Shown here: in pieces, positions 60,123 through 64,000 of the stretch
Layout of the letters: every line of letters starts with the position of its first letter
How positions within the stretch are numbered: position 1 is the first letter of the stretch
Source of the DNA: Azolla caroliniana
Lineage: Eukaryota; Plantae; Polypodiophyta
Direction: 5' to 3'
DNA length: 64,000 nucleotides
Assembly: GCA_043228905.1 (NCBI GenBank)
Contig: JBHGNT010000018.1
Location: 12,524,001-12,588,000, forward strand
Notes under the pieces: model-generated
Databases searched by the model: none
What the model saw: only the letters and a program-made list of their open reading frames with translations
Told to the model about the DNA's origin: nothing
Program-made: the position numbers and the translations under genes

Positions 60123-62822
60123 ATGGAACCACAAACGCTGTCGGAAGCGGCCAGGAAATGGTTCAGGCAACACGGACTGGAGGGCTTCTTGGCCATCATG
60201 GAAGCACCACCGCACAGAGAAGCCGACTAGGTCATCAAGGAGCTCGACAAGGAAGTCATCACCGAGGAAGCGATCCGTGCGCTAACAGGCCTTCCGGAGG
60301 GAGGAATTTTTCAGATTGATAATCCAACCTCGGAGCAACTCACCCGATATTTCGGTGAGTACTCTGTTGCCGGCAAAGGCTATCAAACGCAGGGCGGCGA
60401 AGATCCGCTGTTCAGGGAGATAGCTCGAGTGCTCCATGAGTACGACCACGTGTACCCCCGACCCCCTGTCATGCCAAAAAATCGGGCAGGGATGATCATA
60501 GCCACCTATGAAGGGACCAAGGTGGATTGGCCGGTGTTGATTGCAGACGGTTTGTGCGTGGCAATCGACATGGTACGAGGAAAGGACGGCAAGGAGGGCC
60601 GGAAGCTGTGGCATGCCGTCGCTCAGTGGATAACATTGCTCGTGCCGCCGGTCGAGACCGTTCAGCCAAAGAAGCGGCCAAGAGTATCGGAAGGAAGCAC
60701 CTCGAAGCCGGCGTCCAAACGACAGCAGCTGTTGGCGTCGAAGGCGACGAAAGGGAAGAAACGGGTCCCAGAACCGGAGGAGGTGTCACCGGTCCGACCC
60801 GTCAAGATAACCTTACGGAGACCGGGACAGAAGGAACCGGAACCCTTGATGGCACAGAAACATGCCGTGACACAGGAAGAGGAAACGGAGGAGCCAGAAG
60901 AGCACCTCCAACGACGGTCAAGAAGTAGGGCCGCCAAGACAGGAGGGGAGCGGTCGTACCCGCGAGAGGCAGAAACGCCCCCAACTCAACCTGAGCAAAC
61001 CACAAGGGAAGAACCGGAACCGGTGCGTAGGGAACCGGTCTTGTCGACTTCTATAGAAGAAGTCAGTCCAACGGCTCCGGAGACGGCGAGAACCGGAACT
61101 CAACAGCCGGCGAGCCCAGCCAGAGCACACGGCGGCCAAGGAGTAGAACCAGAACGGCATATGCAGGCACTCAGGCCAGACAATTCCACAGGGAATGAGC
61201 CGACCCGACCAGTACAACAACAAGGCACCAGTAGCATGTGGCTACGGTGGGTAGGCGAGCAAATCGCCGGAGCGGTCGAGTATATAGAGGCGGAAGAGAG
61301 AGCGCACCAGGAACGGTTGCTCGTCACAACCGTAGATCTAGAGACGGCCCGGTCCAGAATCCGGAGCCTTGAACAAGACTTGGACAGGGTCACAAGGGAA
61401 ATGGCTCAATTCGCTTTGACAACACAAGTCCAAGCACCGGTGACTCCGGGCAATGTACAGAATAAAGTGTCAAATCAACCTGTACATAGCAATCAGACCC
61501 CGGCAACGGAAACCGTTCCGGAGAGAAATGTGGCACAAGCCCAAGAGCTTGCGGATTTAAAGGATGAGCTAGCTGCCCAAGAAGCGCTGAGGAGCCGCGA
61601 AAGAGAATTGAAGACGGCAGCGGAGGCAGAACTCAAAAAGACTGCTGAGAATCTACGCCGGGCCGAGGAGAGCTTACGGAAAGGCCACCAAGCGTACGAC
61701 CGGCTCAAGGAGGAGAAGGAGAAAATGCTGCAAGAGAAGGAGAGGCTCCGGAGGAACGCCGAAACAGAAGTAGAGCGCCTGAAAGAGGAACTCCGGCAGG
61801 TAAAGGACCGGGAGGACCGGAACCATCGCCAGATCAACGACAAGCTCAAACAAAAAACGGAGGAATTTGAGCAATTGCACCGGGAGTATAAACAGTTGCA
61901 AACGGAGCACAAGGAACGGACGGATGAGCTCCGGCAAGCAGTTGATCGGACCGCAACCGCATTCGCCAAGGAACAAGCGGAAAATAGAAGACGGTTGGAA
62001 GAGGCGGAGAAGGTTCGGACAGAGCTCCTCAGGCAACAGCAGGTGGAAAAAGAAAGAGCGGCGGAGGTACTGCAGAGGCTGCAAACGACATATCAAGGGC
62101 AGCTGACGCGCTACAGAGAGCAGGCGGAGGATACGACAAACCTCATCAAGCAGTTGAAGGAGGAGCGACAAGTGGTGGAAAGCAGAGCGCAAATGGGAGC
62201 AAGTCGCATCCAGGATATAATGCGGGCCTGGTTGAACCAGACCAAGAGCTTGATTGACAACGGTTCCGTCAAATGGTGGACCAAGTGGGCCACGAACGCG
62301 GCGGAACTCCAATTGCTCCGGGCCGATGTAGAGAATCGGCGGAAGGAGGGAGATGATTGCTATATGCTGAATTCTGAAGATTTCACCGGCATAAGAGATG
62401 AGCTGGCCGAAGACTTTCAAGCCTTGGTAGAGGACCAACTAGAGCAAGTCCGGCAACTTGTAGCTCAGCTGGACGACGACAGGCTGGAGGCGCAGATCCA
62501 GTTTGAAAGCTACGAGAGGTCCCGGATCCGGGAAGAGAAAGAACGAGAACCAGTTACGGTCAACCTCAGTGATGAGGAACCCTTACTGGAAGGAGACCGG
62601 ACCGGAAGCAGTCAAACGGAGATGCCGGAGCCAGAGAGACAAACGGAGCAGCCGGAGTCAGCGAAACAAACGGAGCAGCAGCAGCAAGCAGAGCAGCCGG
62701 AGCAGCCTCAGTCCCAACCGCAACCACAGCAGCAGCAGCAAGCACAGCCGCAACAACCACAACCGGAAGAACAAGTGGAAATTCTTGAACAAAGTAATTT
62801 GGACAATTTGGGTGAACAATGA
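60123..62822 (+). CDS. Retrotransposon 3' extra ORF of unknown function (globular N-terminus, disordered linker, long coiled coil, Q/E/P-rich tail); one in-frame TAG at 60228-60230
   Basis: ORFs 60048-60230 and 60429-62822 are in the same frame, and the frame is open from 60231 to 62822. E/K/R/Q-rich heptad-like segment at ~61280-62540. Confidence 0.75.
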
Positions 62823-64000
62823 AGGGGCCGAGAAGGGTTCGACGTACAAGGTACTGTCCCACGGGCGTGCCATGTGTTACCGGCCGGCAAGGAGTCCAAA
62901 ATACGGAGTGAAGGAATTAATTAGATATGGTTGTAAATGAGCATAGTGTGGACGGACGGACTGTAAACGGTATGCCGTTCCAGATCCGGACGGATCCCGA
63001 ATAGGTGCGAGAGGCACCGTTTTGTACTACGGGCCGGAAACCTATTTAAAGGCCCGGACCCCATTGTAATCGCAGCGGATAATTAATAGAGCTTATGTTG
63101 TTTATACTTCTGTCTTGATTTCCGTTCTGTAATTACTGTTATATCTTACGCGTGTAATTAACCGAAGCATTCTAATCGTGTAACCTATGTAAGTCGGTGT
63201 AATCGTTGAATCTTAATCCTATGCCGTAATCACCCTTTGGTGAAGTGTCTCCGTGACACCTTGTGTTAGGCCTTGTCCGGCTAGAGAATAACACATAAGA
63301 ACAATGAGGACGCCGATCGGGTTGGTAAGGATGTGCACCTTACCCCAAGGTGTGACAAATTCCGTCGCCCACATGGTGAATGCCATGAACAAAGTGTTGA
63401 GGGATTGTATCCCTGATATCACAATGACCTTCTTAGATGACATTCCAATCAAAGTATGCTTGGTGGAAGAGAAAGATGAATCGAAAGATGACAATGGTTG
63501 CCGAAGATTCGTCATCGATCATATAAAGAATAGAGAGAAGGTGTTGCAAAAGCTTGAGGATGCGAATCTCACGCTTTTGGGATAGAAGTCTGCATTCGGT
63601 CAACCAGAAATATTGGTAGTGGGACACTTATGTGGGTCTTATGACCGGAAGCCATCTCCATCCAAGGTGAACGCTACTCAAGAGATGAAAGAAGAATGTG
63701 TGTCTCAAACAGAGGTGCGTAGATTCTTGGGAGCATGTGCATTCTATCACATATGGATTCCACATTATGCCCATGTTGCTAAACCATTGTATGGACTATT
63801 AAAGAAAAGGAAGAAGTTCGAATGGGAAGATGAGCATACCTACGCGATTCGAAAGCTAAAGAAACTATTATTGGAAGCTCCAGCACTACGCAAAGCCGAC
63901 TACACCGATGGTACCCCGATATATGTGACGGTGGATACGAGCCCAACCAGAATTGGATGGGTGATAAACCAAGAAGACAAAGAAAAGAATCGGTATGCAA

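Larger units (their letters stand above)
58733..63293 (+). mobile_element. Very young non-autonomous Athila/Tat-like element (4561 bp): LTR, inverted gag fragment, extra ORF, LTR
   Basis: 419-bp LTRs 58733-59151 and 62875-63293 with no difference found by eye; TSD CATAA (58728-58732, 63294-63298); no pol. Confidence 0.96.
48797..64000 (+). mobile_element. Degenerate tRNA-Trp-primed non-chromovirus Ty3/gypsy (5' LTR 48797-50090; gag, PR, RT, start of RNase H), host of two young insertions; runs off the window
   Basis: LTR TGTCG...CGACA; PBS 50099-50116; gag 50148-51257 + 56667-57227; PR 57284-57709; RT 58165-58732 + 63299-64000 (MRTPIGLVRMCTLPQGVTNSVAHM, FLDDIPIK); many stops. Confidence 0.9.

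Noticed and set aside
62566-62899. Cys-rich, poly-Ala and poly-Leu minus-strand ORFs (metallothionein-like)
   Set aside because: Antisense shadows of the CAG-rich tail of the extra ORF.

Overview
Eukaryotic, plant-type DNA (the mix of retrotransposon lineages suggests a bryophyte such as a moss; this is inference). About 90% of the window is a deeply nested pile of LTR retrotransposons. It surrounds one AT-rich gene island (~26.0-30.8 kb) holding a five-exon Alba-domain gene (AtALBA1/2-like, 136 aa). Six elements have both LTRs, and five of these also have target-site duplications (TSDs). They are: an intact young Ty1/copia (51258-56661), a degenerate relative (37789-43383), an RT-less copia (16227-20128), a Tcn1/sushi-like chromovirus (6882-13910), a gag-less chromovirus without a TSD (32019-36153), and a very young non-autonomous Athila/Tat-like element (58733-63293). 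Three solo LTRs and several truncated hosts are also present. Main second-look items: (1) the 58.7-63.3 kb element has identical LTRs but no PBS or pol, an inverted gag fragment and a ~900-codon coiled-coil extra ORF; (2) the chromovirus LTR combines an 11-nt self-priming site, a phased heat-shock-element array and a tRNA-like Pol III A/B-box module; (3) a regularly spaced hairpin array lies in the leader of the gag-less element; (4) a duplicated splice acceptor sits at the last Alba exon. All comparisons were made by eye; no searches were run.
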